From positions 247,380,001 through 247,444,000 of the forward strand of contig OZ024741.1 of assembly GCA_964016885.1 (NCBI GenBank): 64,000 nt of DNA, written 5' to 3'. This DNA comes from Eledone cirrhosa. Taxonomy: Eukaryota. This document shows positions 38,001-51,944 of this stretch, in pieces. Each line of letters starts with the position of its first letter. The first letter of the stretch is position 1. The position numbers and the translations under genes are program-made. Below the pieces are notes generated by a model. The model saw only the letters and a program-made list of their open reading frames with translations. It did no database searches and was not told the origin of the DNA.

Positions 38001-41000
38001 ACAAATTATCTCCCCCTGATTTTTTTTTACAAATTATCTCCGCCTGATTTTTAAAAAAAAATTATCTCCCCTTCGCTGGCTGGAAATTATCTCCCCTTGG
38101 ACGCTGGAAATTATAGCCCCTTGGAGGGCTGGAAATTATCTTCCCTTGGACGGCTGGAAATTATCTCCCCTTGATTTTTTTTACAAATTATCTCCCCCTG
38201 ATTTTTTTTACAAATTATCTCCCCCTGATTTTTTTTACAAATTATCTACCCCTGATTTTTTTTACAAATTATCTCCCCCTGATTTTTTTTTACAAATTAT
38301 CTCCCTCTGATTTTTTTTTACAAATTATCTCCCCCTGATTTTTTTTTTACAAATTATCTCCCCCTGATTTTTTTACAAATTATCTCCCCCTGATTTTTTT
38401 ACAATCTCCGCCTGATTTTTTTAAAAATTATCTTCCCTTGGCTGGCGGGAAATTATCTCCCCTTGGACGGCTGGAAATTATCTCCCCTTGGAAGGATGGA
38501 AATTATCTCCCCTTGGACGGCTGGAAATTATCTCCCTTTGATTTTTTTTACAAATCTCCCCCTGATTTTTTTAAAAAAATTATCTCCCCTTCGCTGGCTG
38601 GAAATTATCTCCCCTTGGACACTGGAAATTATAGCCCCTTGGAGGGCTGGAAATTATCTTCTCTTGGACGGCTGGAAATTATCTCCCCTTGATTTTTTTT
38701 ACAAATTATCTCCGCCTGATTTTTTTTTAAAATTATCTCTCCTTGGACGGCTGGAAATTATCTCCCCTTGATTTTTTAAAAAATTATCTCCCCTTGGAAG
38801 GCTGGAAATTATGTCCCCTTGGCTGGAAATTATCTCCCCTTGGACGGCTAGAAATTATCTCTCTTTGGACGGCTGGAAATTATCACCCCTTGAGTTTTTT
38901 TACAAATTATCTCCCCCTGATTTTTTTTACAAATCTCCCAGTGATTTTTTAAAAAAAATTATCTCCCCTTCGCTGGCTGGAAATTATCTCCCCTTGGACG
39001 CTGGAAATTATAGCCCCTTGGAGGGCTGGAAATTATCTTTCCTTGGACGGCTGGAAATTATCTCCCCTTGATTTTTTTTACAAATTATCTCCCCCTGATT
39101 TTTTTTACAAATTATCTCCCCCTGATTTTTTTTTACAAATTATCTGCGCCTGATTTTTTTTAAAAAATTATCTCCCCTTGGACGGCTGGAAATTATCTCC
39201 CCTTGGACGGCTGGAAATTATCTCTCCTTGGACGGCTAGAATTTACCTCTCCTTGGACGGCTGAAAATTATCTCCCCTTGGACGGCTGGAAATTACCTCC
39301 CCTTGATTTTTTTTACAAATTATCTCCCCCTGATTTTTTTTTACAAATTATCTCCCCCTGATTTTTTTTTACAAATTATCTCCCCCTGATTTTTTTTACA
39401 AATTATCTCCCCTTGGCTGGCTGGAAATTATCTCCCCTTGGAGGCTGGAACTTATCTCCCCTTGGACGGCTAGAAATTACCTCTCCTTGGACGGCTGGAA
39501 AATATGTCTCCTTGGACGGCTGGAAATTATCTCCCCTTGGACGGCTGGAAATTATCTCCCTTGGACGGCTGGAAATTATCTCCCCTTGGATGGCTAGATA
39601 TTACCTCCCCTTGGACGGCTGGAAATTATCTCCCCTTGATTTTTTTTAGAAATTATCTCCCCCTGATTTTTTTTTACAAATTATCTCCCCCTGATTTTTT
39701 ATTACAAATTATCTCCCCCTGATTTTTGTTTACAAATTATCTCCGCCTGATTTTTTTTTTTAAATTATCTCCCCTTGGACGGCTGGAAATTATCTCCCCT
39801 TGGACGGCTAGAAATTACCTCTCCTTGGACGGCTGAAAATTATCTCCACTTGGACGGCTGGAAATTATCTCCCCTTGATTTTTTTACAAATTATCTCCCC
39901 CTGATTTTTTTTTACAAATTATCTACCCCTGATTTTTTTTTACAAATTATCTACCCCTGATTTTTTTTTACAAATTATCTCCCCCTGATTTTTTTTTTAC
40001 AAATTATCTTCCCCTGATTTTTTTACAAATTATCTCCCCCTGATTTTTTTTACAATCTCCGCCTGATTTTTTTAAAAATTATCTTCCCTTGGCTGGCGGG
40101 AAATTATCTCCCCTTGGACGGCTGGAAATTATCTCCCCTTGGAAGGATGGAAATTATCTCCCCTTGGACGGCTGGAAATTATCTCCCCTTGCACGGCTGG
40201 AAATTATCTCCCCTTGGCTGGAAATTATCTCCCCTTGGACGGCTAGAAATTATCTCTCTTTGGACGGCTGGAAATTATCACCCCTTGAGTTTTTTACAAA
40301 TTATCTCCCCCTGATTTTTTTTACAAATCTCCCAGTGATTTTTTAAAAAAATTATCTCCCCTTGGACGGCTGGAAATTATCTCCCCTTGGACGGCTGGAA
40401 ATTATCTCGCCTTGGACGGCTAGAATTTACCTATCCTTGGACGGCTGAAAATTATCTCCCCTTGGGCGGCTGGAAATTATCTCCCCTTGATTTTTTTTAC
40501 AAATTATCTCCCCCTGATTTTTTTTACAAATTATCTCCCCCTGATTTTTTTTTACAAATTATCTGCCGCTGATTTTTTTTACAAATTATCTCCCCTTGGA
40601 GGCTGGAATTTATCTCCCCTTGGACGGCTAGAATTTACCTCTCCTTGGACGGCTGAAAATTATCTCCCCTTGGACGGCTGGAAATTATCTCCCCTTGATT
40701 TTTTTTACAAATTATCTCCCTCTGATTTTTTTTTACAAATTATCTCCCCCTGATTTTTTTTTACAAATTATCTCCCCCTGATTTTTTTTTACAAATTATC
40801 TCCCCCTGATTTTTTTTACAAATTATCTCCCCCCTGATTTTTTTACAAATTATCTCCCCTTGGCTGGCTGGAAATTATCTCCCCTTGGAGGCTGGAACTT
40901 ATCTCCCCTTGGACGGCTAGAAATTACCTCTCCTTGGACGGCTGGAAAATATGTCTCCTTGGACGGACGGATATTATCTCCCCTTGGACGGCTGGAAATT

Positions 41001-44000
41001 ATCTCCCCTTGGACGGCTGGAAATTATCTCCCCTTGGATGGCTAGATATTACCTCCCCTTGGACGGCTGGAAATTATCTCCCCTTGATTTTTTTTACAAA
41101 TTATCTCCCCCTGATTTTTTTTTACAAATTATCTCCCCCTGATTTTTTTTTTAAAATTATCTCCCCCTGATTTTTGTTTACAAATTATCTCCGCCTGATT
41201 TTTTTTAAAAAATTATCTACCCTTGGACGGCTGGAAATTATCTCCCCTTGGACGGCTGGAAATTATATCTCCTTGGACGGCTAGAATTTACCTCTCCTTG
41301 GACGGCTGAAAATTATCTCCCCTTGGACGGCTGGAAATTATCTCCCCTTGATTTTTTTTACAAATTATCTCCCCCTGATTTTTTTTTACAAATTATCTCC
41401 CCCTGATTTTTTTTTACAAATTATCTCCCCCTGATTTTTTTACAAATTATCTCCCCTTGGCTGGCTGGAAATTATCTCCCCTTGGAGGCTGGAACTTATC
41501 TCCCCTTGGACGGCTAGAAATTACCTCTCCTTGGACGGCTGGAAAATATGTCTCCTTGGACGGCTGGATATTATCTCCCCTTGGACGGCTGGAAATTATC
41601 TCCCCTTGGACGGCTGGAAATTATCTCCCCTTGGATGGCTAGATATTACCTCCCCTTGGACGGCTGGAAATTATCTCCCTTTGATTTTTTTTACAAATTA
41701 TCTCCCCCTTATTTTTTTTACAAATTATCTCCCCCTGATTTTTTTTTACAAATTATCTCCCCCTGATTTTTGTTTACAAATTATCTCCGCCTGATTTTTT
41801 TAAAAAAATTATCTCCCCTTGGACGGCTGGAAATTATCTCCCCTTGGACGGCTAGAAATTACCTCTCCTTGGACGGCTGAAAATTATCTCCCCTTGGACG
41901 GCTGGAAATTATCTCCCCTTGATTTTTTTACAAATTATCTCCCCCCGATTTTTTTTTTACAAATTATCTCCCCCTGATTTTTTTTACAAATTATCTACCC
42001 CTGATTTTTTTTACAAATTATCTCCCCCTGATTTTTTTTACAAATTATCTCCCCCTGATTTTTTTTTTACAAATTATCTCCCCCTGATTTTTTTACAAAT
42101 TATCTCCCCCTGATTTTTTTTACAAATTATCTCCGCCTGATTTTTTTAAATATTATCTTCCCTTGGCTGGCGGGAAATTATCTCCCCTTGGACGGCTGAA
42201 AATTATCTCCCCTTGGACGGCTGGAAATTATCTCCCCTTGATTTTTTTACAAATTATCTCCCCCTGATTTTTTTTTTACAAATTATCTCACCCTGATTTT
42301 TTTTACAAATTATCTACCCCTGATTTTTTTTTACAAATTATCTCCCCCTGATTTTTTTTACAAATTATCTCCCCCTGATTTTTTTTTTACAAATTATCTC
42401 CCCCTGATTTTTTTACAAATTATCTCCCCCTGATTTTTTTTACAAATTATCTCCGCCTGATTTTTTTAAATATTATCTCTCCTTGGCTGGCGGGAAATTA
42501 TCTCCCCTTGGACGGCTGGAAATTATCTCCCCTTGGAAGGATGGAAATTATCTCCCCTTGGACGGCTGGAAATTATCTACCCCTGATTTTTTTTACAAAT
42601 TATCTCCCCCTGATTTATTTTACAAATTATCTCCCCCTGATTTTTTTTTTAAAAATTATCTCCCCCTGATTTTTTTACAAATTATCTCCCCCTGATTTTT
42701 TTTACAAATTATCTCCGCCTGATTTTTTTAAATATTATCTTACCTTGGCTGGCGGGAAATTATCTCCCCTTGGACGGCTGAAAATTATCTCCCCTTGGAC
42801 GGCTGGAAATTATCTCCCCTTGATTTTTTTTACAAATTATCTCCCCCTGATTTTTTTTTACAAATTATCTCCGCCTGATTTTTAAAAAAAAATTATCTCC
42901 CCTTCGCTGGCTGGAAATTATCTCCCCTTGGACGCTGGAAATTATAGCCCCTTGGAGGGCTGGAAATTATCTTCCCTTGGACGGCTGGAAATTATCTCCC
43001 CTTGATTTTTTTTACAAATTATCTCCCCCTGATTTTTTTTTACAAATTATCTCCCCCTGATTTTTTTTTACAAATTATCTCCCCCTGATTTTTTTTTTAC
43101 AAATTATCTCCGCCTGATTTTTTTAAAAAAATTATCTCCCCTTGGACGGCTGGAAATTATCTCCCTTTGGACGGCTGGAAATTATCTCCCCTTGGACGGC
43201 TAGAAATTATCTCTCCTTGGACGGCTGAAAATTATCTCCCCTTGGACGGCTGCAAATTATCTCCCCTTGATTTTTTTCACAAATTATCTCCCCCTGATTT
43301 TTTTTACAAATTATCTCCCCCTGATTTTTTTTACAAATTATCTACCCCTGATTTTTTTTACAAATTATCTCCCCCTGATTTTTTTTTACAAATTATCTCC
43401 CTCTGATTTTTTTTTACAAATTATCTCCCCCTGATTTTTTTTTTACAAATTATCTCCCCCTGATTTTTTTACAAATTATCTCCCCCTGATTTTTTTACAA
43501 TCTCCGCCTGATTTTTTTAAAAATTATCTTCCCTTGGCTGGCGGGAAATTATCTCCCCTTGGACGGCTGGAAATTATCTCCCCTTGGAAGGATGGAAATT
43601 ATCTCCCCTTGGACGGCTGGAAATTATCTCCCTTTGATTTTTTTTACAAATCTCCCCCTGATTTTTTTAAAAAAATTATCTCCCCTTCGCTGGCTGGAAA
43701 TTATCTCCCCTTGGACACTGGAAATTATAGCCCCTTGGAGGGCTGGAAATTATCTTCTCTTGGACGGCTGGAAATTATCTCCCCTTGATTTTTTTTACAA
43801 ATTATCTCCGCCTGATTTTTTTTTAAAATTATCTCTCCTTGGACGGCTGGAAATTATCTCCCCTTGATTTTTTAAAAAATTATCTCCCCTTGGAAGGCTG
43901 GAAATTATGTCCCCTTGGCTGGAAATTATCTCCCCTTGGACGGCTAGAAATTATCTCTCTTTGGACGGCTGGAAATTATCACCCCTTGAGTTTTTTTACA

Positions 44001-45080
44001 AATTATCTCCCCCTGATTTTTTTTACAAATCTCCCAGTGATTTTTTAAAAAAAATTATCTCCCCTTCGCTGGCTGGAAATTATCTCCCCTTGGACGCTGG
44101 AAATTATAGCCCCTTGGAGGGCTGGAAATTATCTTTCCTTGGACGGCTGGAAATTATCTCCCCTTGATTTTTTTTACAAATTATCTCCCCCTGATTTTTT
44201 TTACAAATTATCTCCCCCTGATTTTTTTTTACAAATTATCTGCGCCTGATTTTTTTTAAAAAATTATCTCCCCTTGGACGGCTGGAAATTATCTCCCCTT
44301 GGACGGCTGGAAATTATCTCTCCTTGGACGGCTAGAATTTACCTCTCCTTGGACGGCTGAAAATTATCTCCCCTTGGACGGCTGGAAATTACCTCCCCTT
44401 GATTTTTTTTACAAATTATCTCCCCCTGATTTTTTTTTACAAATTATCTCCCCCTGATTTTTTTTTACAAATTATCTCCCCCTGATTTTTTTTACAAATT
44501 ATCTCCCCTTGGCTGGCTGGAAATTATCTCCCCTTGGAGGCTGGAACTTATCTCCCCTTGGACGGCTAGAAATTACCTCTCCTTGGACGGCTGGAAAATA
44601 TGTCTCCTTGGACGGCTGGAAATTATCTCCCCTTGGACGGCTGGAAATTATCTCCCTTGGACGGCTGGAAATTATCTCCCCTTGGATGGCTAGATATTAC
44701 CTCCCCTTGGACGGCTGGAAATTATCTCCCCTTGATTTTTTTTAGAAATTATCTCCCCCTGATTTTTTTTTACAAATTATCTCCCCCTGATTTTTTATTA
44801 CAAATTATCTCCCCCTGATTTTTGTTTACAAATTATCTCCGCCTGATTTTTTTTTTTAAATTATCTCCCCTTGGACGGCTGGAAATTATCTCCCCTTGGA
44901 CGGCTAGAAATTACCTCTCCTTGGACGGCTGAAAATTATCTCCACTTGGACGGCTGGAAATTATCTCCCCTTGATTTTTTTACAAATTATCTCCCCCTGA
45001 TTTTTTTTTACAAATTATCTACCCCTGATTTTTTTTTACAAATTATCTACCCCTGATTTTTTTTTACAAATTATCTCCCC
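35100..45080 (+). repeat. Tandem duplication with 4859/4831/5096-bp period (about 35100-39990 vs 39960-45080)
   Basis: Pairs 35230/40089, 35528/40387 and 36001/40860 differ by 4859. Pairs 36626/41457, 37088/41919 and 37652/42483 differ by 4831. Pairs 38438/43534, 39413/44509 and 39775/44871 differ by 5096. Both copies share the variants TTTACCTATCC and CCCCCTTATTT. Confidence 0.92.
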
Positions 45081-48000
45081 CTGATTTTTTTTACAAATTA
45101 TCTCCCCCTGATTTTTTTTTTACAAATTATCTCCCCCTGATTTTTTTACAAATTATCTCCCCCTGATTTTTTTTACAAATTATCTCCGCCTGATTTTTTT
45201 AAATATTATCTCCCCCTGATTTTTTTTACAAATTATCTCCCCTTGGAGGCTGGAATTTATCTCCCCTTGGACGGCTAGAAATTACCTCTCCTTGGAAGGA
45301 TGGAAATTATCTCCCCTTGGACGGCTGGAAATTATCTACCCCTGATTTTTTTTACAAATTATCTCCCCCTGATTTTTTTTACAAATTATCTCCCCCTGAT
45401 TTTTTTTTACAAATTATCTACCCCTGATTTTTTTTACAAATTATCTCCCCCTGATTTTTTTTACAAATTATCTCCCCCTGATTTTTTTTTTACAAATTAT
45501 CTCCCCCTGATTTTTTTACAAATTATCTCCCCCTGATTTTTTTTACAAATTATCTCCCCTTGGAGGCTGGAATTTATCTCCCCTTGGACGGCTAGAAATT
45601 ACCTCTCCTTGGACGGCTGGAAAATATGTCTCCTTGGACGGCTGGATATTATCTCCCCTTGGACGGCTGAAAATTATCTCCCCTTGGACGGCTGGAAATT
45701 ATCTCCCCTTGATTTTTTTTACAAATTATCTCCCCCTGATTTTTTTTTACAAATTATCTCCCCCTGATTTTTTTTACAAATTATCTCCCCCTGATTTTTT
45801 TTTACAAATTATCTGCCGCTGATTTTTTTTACAAATTATCTCCCCTTGGAGGCTGGAATTTATCTCCCCTTGGACGGCTAGAAATTACCTCTCCTTGGAC
45901 GGCTGGAAAATATGTCTCCTTGGACGGCTGGATATTATCTCCCCTTGGACGGCTGGAAATTATCTCCCCATGGACGGCTGGAAATTATCTCCCCTTGGAC
46001 GGCTAGAAATTATCTCTCCTTGGACGGCTGAAAATTATCTCCCCTTGGACGGCTGCAAATTATCTCCCCTTGATTTTTTTTATAAATTATCTCCCCCTGA
46101 TTTTTTTTACAAATTATCTCCCCCTGATTTTTTTTACAAATTATCTACCTCTGATTTTTTTTTACAAATTATCTCCCCCTGATTTTTTTTTTACAAATTA
46201 TCTTCCCCTGATTTTTTTACAAATTATCTCCCCCTGATTTTTTTTACAATCTCCGCCTGATTTTTTTAAAAATTATCTTCCCTTGGCTGGCGGGAAATTA
46301 TCTCCCCTTGGACGGCTGGAAATTATCTCCCCTTGGAAGGATGGAAATTATCTCCCCTTGGACGGCTGGAAATTATCTCCCCTTGCACGGCTGGAAATTA
46401 TCTCCCCTTGGCTGGAAATTATCTCCCCTTGGACGGCTAGAAATTATCTCTCTTTGGACGGCTGGAAATTATCACCCCTTGAGTTTTTTACAAATTATCT
46501 CCCCCTGATTTTTTTTACAAATCTCCCAGTGATTTTTTAAAAAAATTATCTCCCCTTGGACGGCTGGAAATTATCTCCCCTTGGACGGCTGGAAATTATC
46601 TCGCCTTGGACGGCTAGAATTTACCTCTCCTTGGACGGCTGAAAATTATCTCCCCTTGGGCGGCTGGAAATTATCTCCCCTTGATTTTTTTTACAAATTA
46701 TCTCCCCCTGATTTTTTTTACAAATTATCTCCCCCTGATTTTTTTTTACAAATTATCTGCCGCTGATTTTTTTTACAAATTATCTCCCCTTGGAGGCTGG
46801 AATTTATCTCCCCTTGGACGGCTAGAAATTACCTCTCCTTGGACGGCTGAAAATTATCTCCCCTTGGACGGCTGCAAATTATCTCCCCTTGATTTTTTTT
46901 ATAAATTATCTCCCCCTGATTTTTTTTACAAATTATCTCCCCCTGATTTTTTTACAAATTATCTACCCCTGATTTTTTTTACAAATTATCTCCCCCTGAT
47001 TTTTTTTTACAAATTATCTACCTCTGATTTTTTTTTACAAATTATCTCCCCCTGATTTTTTTTTTACAAATTATCTTCCCCTGATTTTTTTACAAATTAT
47101 CTCCCCCTGATTTTTTTTACAATCTCCGCCTGATTTTTTTAAAAATTATCTTCCCTTGGCTGGCTGGAAATTATCTCCCCTTGGACGGCTGGAAATTATC
47201 TCCCCTTGGAAGGATGGAAATTATCTCCCCTTGGACGGCTGGAAATTATCTCCCCTTGCACGGCTGGAAATTATCTCCCCTTGGCTGGAAATTATCTCCC
47301 CTTGGACGGCTAGAAATTATCTCTCTTTGGACGGCTGGAAATTATCACCCCTTGAGTTTTTTACAAATTATCTCCCCCTGATTTTTTTTACAAATCTCCC
47401 AGTGATTTTTTAAAAAAATTATCTCCCCTTGGACGGCTGGAAATTATCTCCCCTTGGACGGCTGGAAATTATCTCGCCTTGGACGGCTAGAATTTACCTC
47501 TCCTTGGACGGCTGAAAATTATCTCCCCTTGGACGGCTGGAAATTATCTCCCCTTGATTTTTTTTACAAATTATCTCCCTCTGATTTTTTTTACAAATTA
47601 TCTCCCCCTGATTTTTTTTTACAAATTATCTCCCCCTGATTTTTTTTTACAAATTATCTCCCCCTGATTTTTTTTACAAATTATCTCCCCCCTGATTTTT
47701 TTACAAATTATCTCCCCTTGGCTGGCTGGAAATTATCTCCCCTTGGAGGCTGGAACTTATCTCCCCTTGGACGGCTAGAAATTACCTCTCCTTGGACGGC
47801 TGGAAAATATGTCTCCTTGGACGGACGGATATTATCTCCCCTTGGACGGCTGGAAATTATCTCCCCTTGGACGGCTGGAAATTATCTCCCCTTGGATGGC
47901 TAGATATTACCTCCCCTTGGACGGCTGGTAATTATCTCCCCTTGATTTTTTTACAAATTATCTCCCCCTGATTTTTTTTTACAAATTATCTCCCCCTGAT

Positions 48001-51000
48001 TTTTTTTTAAAAATTATCTCCCCCTGATTTTTGTTTACAAATTATCTCCGCCTGATTTTTTTTTAAAAATTATCTACCCTTGGACGGCTGGAAATTATCT
48101 CCCCTTGGACGGCTGGAAATTATATCTCCTTGGACGGCTAGAATTTACCTCTCCTTGGACGGCTGAAAATTATCTACCCTTGGACGGCTGGAAATTATCT
48201 CCCCTTGATTTTTTTTACAAATTATCTCCCCCTGATTTTTTTTTACAAATTATCTCCCCCTGATTTTTTTTTACAAATTATCTCCCCCTGATTTTTTTTT
48301 ACAAATTATCTCCCCTTGGCTGGCTGGAAATTATCTCCCCTTGGAGGCTGGAACTTATCTCCCCTTGGACGGCTAGAAATTACCTCTCCTTGGACGGCTG
48401 GAAAATATGTCTCCTTGGACGGCTGGATATTATCTCCCCTTGGACGGCTGGAAATTATCTCCCCTTGGACGGCTGGAAATTATCTCCCCTTGGATGGCTA
48501 GATATTACCTCCCCTTGGACGGCTGGAAATTATCTCCCTTTGATTTTTTTTACAAATTATCTCCCCCTGATTTTTTTTTACAAATTATCTCCCCCTGATT
48601 TTTTTTTACAAATTAACTCCCCCTGATTTTTGTTTACAAATTATCTCCGCCTGATTTTTTTTAAAAAATTATCTCCCCTTGGACGGCTGGAAATTATCTC
48701 CCCTTGGACGGCTAGAAATTACCTCTCCTTGGACGGCTGAAAATTATCTCCCCTTGGACGGCTGGAAATTATCTCCCCTTAATTTTTTTACAAATTATCT
48801 CCCCCCGATTTTTTCTTACAAATTATCTCCCCCTGATTTTTTTTTACAAATTATCTACCCCTGATTTTTTTTTACAAATTATCTCCCCCTGATTTTTTTT
48901 ACAAATTATCTCCCCCTGATTTTTTTTTTACAAATTATTTCCCCCTGATTTTTTTACAAATTATCTCCCCCTGATTTTTTTTACAAATTATCTCCGCCTG
49001 ATTTTTTTAAATATTATCTCTCCTTGGCTGGCGGGAAATTATCTCCCCTTGGACGGCTGGAAATTATCTACCCCTGATTTTTTTTACAAATTATCTCCCC
49101 CTGATTTTTTTTACAAATTATCTCCCCCTGATTTTTTTTACAAATTATCTACCCCTGATTTTTTTTACAAATTATCTCCCCCTGATTTTTTTTACAAATT
49201 ATCTCACCCTGATTTTTTTTTTACAAATTATCTCCCCCTGATTTTTTTTACAAATTATCTCCCCCTGATTTTTTTTACAAATTATCTCCGCCTGATTTTT
49301 TTAAATATTATCTTCCCTTGGCTGGCGGGAAATTATCTCCCCTTGGACGGCTGAAAATTATCTCCCCTTGGACGGCTGGAAATTATCTCCCCTTGATTTT
49401 TTTTACAAATTATGTCCCCCTGATTTTTTTTTACAAATTATCTCCCCCTGATTTTTTTTACAAATTATCTCCCCCTGATTTTTTTTTACAAATTATCTCC
49501 CCCTGATTTTTTTACAAATTATCTCCCCCTGATTTTTTTTACAAATTATCTCCGCCTGATTTTTTAAAATATTATCTTCCCTTGGCTGGCGGGAAATTAT
49601 CTCCCCTTGGACGGCTGGAAATTATCTGCCCTTGATTTACTTTTTACAAATTATCTTCCACTGATTTTTTTTACAAATTATCTCCACCTGATTTTTTAAA
49701 AAATTATCTCCCCTTGGAAGGCTGGAAATTATCTCCCCTTGGCTGGAAATTATCTCCCCTTGAACGGCTAGAAATTATCTCTCTTTGGACGGCTGGAAAT
49801 TATCACCCCTTGAGTTTTTTACAAATTATCTCCCCCTGATTTTTTTTACAAATCTCCCAGTGATTTTTAAAAAAAAATTATCTCCCCTTCGCTGGCTGGA
49901 AATTATCTCCCCTTGGACGCTGGAAATTATAGCCCCTTGGAGGGCTTGAAATTATCTTCCCTTGGACGGCTGGAAATTATCTCCCCTTGATTTTTTTTTA
50001 CAAATTATCTCCCCCTGATTTTTTTTTACAAATTATCTCCCCCTGATTTTTTTTTACAACTTATCTGCGCCTGATTTTTTTAAAAAAATTATCTCCCCTT
50101 GGACGGCTGGAAATTATCTCCCCTTGGACGGCTGGAAATTATCTCTCCTTGGACGGCTAGAATTTACCTCTCCTTGGACGGCTGAAAATTATCTCCCCTT
50201 GGACGGCTGGAAATTATCTCCCCTTGATTTTTTTTACAAATTATCTCCCCCTGATTTTTTTTTACGAATTATCTCCCCCTGATTTTTTTTTACAAATTAT
50301 CTCCCCCTGATTTTTTTTTACAAATTATCTCCCCCTGATTTTTTTTACAAATTATCTCCCTCTGATTTTTTTACAAATTATCTCCCCTTGGCTGGCTGGA
50401 AATTATCTCCCCTAGGAGGCTGGAACTTATCTCCCCTTGGACGGCTAGAAATTACCTCTCTTTGGACGGCTGGAAAATATGTCTCCTTGGACGGCTGGAT
50501 ATTATCTCCCCTTGGACGGCTGGAAATTATCTCCCCTTGGACGGCTGGAAATTATCTCCCCTTGGATGGCTAGATATTACCTCCCCTTGGACGGCTGGAA
50601 ATTATCTCACCTTGATTTTTTTTACAAATTATCTCCCCCTGATTTTTTTTTACAAATTATCTCCCCCGATTTTTTTTTACAAATTATCTCCCCCTGATTT
50701 TTTTTTACAAATTATCTCCCCCTGATTTTTGTTTACAAATTATCTCCCCTTGGACGGCTGGAAATTATCTCCCCTTGGACGGCTAGAAATTACCTCTCGT
50801 TGGACGGCTGAAAATTATCCTCCCTTGGACGGCTGGAAATTATCTCCCCTTGATTTTTTTACAAATTATCTCCCCCTGATTTTTTTTTTACAAATTATCT
50901 CACCCTGATTTTTTTTACAAATTATCTACCCCTGATTTTTTTTTACAAATTATCTCCCCCTGATTTTTTTTACAAATTATCTCCCACTGATTTTTTTTTT

Positions 51001-51944
51001 ACAAATTATCTCCCCCTGATTTTTTTACAAATTATCTCCCCCTGATTTTTTTTACAAATTATATCCGCCTGATTTTTTTAAATATTATCTCTCCTTGGCT
51101 GGCGGGAAATTATCTCCCCTTGGACGGCTGGAAATTATCTCCCCTTGGAAGGATGGAAATTATCTCCCCTTGGACGGCTGGAAATTATCTACCCCTGATT
51201 TTTTTTACAAATTATCTCCCCCTGATTTTTTTTACAAATTATCTCCCCCTGATTTTTTTTTTACAAATTATCTCCCCCTGATTTTTTTACAAATTATCTC
51301 CCCCTGATTTTTTTTACAAATTATCTCCGCCTGATTTTTTAAAATATTATCTTACCTTGGCTGGCGGGAAATTATCTCCCCTTGGACGGCTGAAAATTAT
51401 CTCCCCTTGGACGGCTGGAAATTATCTCCCCTTGATTTTTTTTACAAATTATCTCCCCCTGATTTTTTTTTACAAATTATCTCCCCCTGATTTTTTTTAC
51501 AAATTATCTCCCCCCTGATTTTTTTACAAATTATCTCCCCTTGGCTGGCTGGAAATTATCTCCCCTTGGAGGCTGGAACATATCTCCCCTTGGACGGCTA
51601 GAAATTACCTCTCCTTGGACGGCTGGAAAATATGTCTCCTTGGACGGCTGGATATTATCTCCCCTTGGACGGCTGGAAATTATCTCCCCTTGGACGGCTG
51701 GAAATTATCTCCCCTTGGATGGCTAGATATTACCTCCCCTTGGACGGCTGGAAATTATCTCCCTTTGATTTTTTTTACAAATTATCTCCCCCTGATTTTT
51801 TTTTACAAATTATCTCCCCCTGATTTTTTTTTACAAATTATCTCCCCCTGATTTTTGTTTACAAATTATCTCCGCCTGATTTTTTTTTAAAAATTATCTC
51901 CCCTTGGACGGCTGGAAATTATCTCCCCTTGGACGGCTAGAAAT

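Larger units (their letters stand above)
27590..49040 (+). repeat. Long-range direct duplication with ~17.7-kb offset (about 27590-31400 vs 45290-49040)
   Basis: Offsets are 28170/45895 = 17725; 28613/46283, 28911/46581 and 29011/46681 = 17670; 29487/47156 = 17669; 30050/47718 = 17668; 30675/48316 = 17641. Confidence 0.85.
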
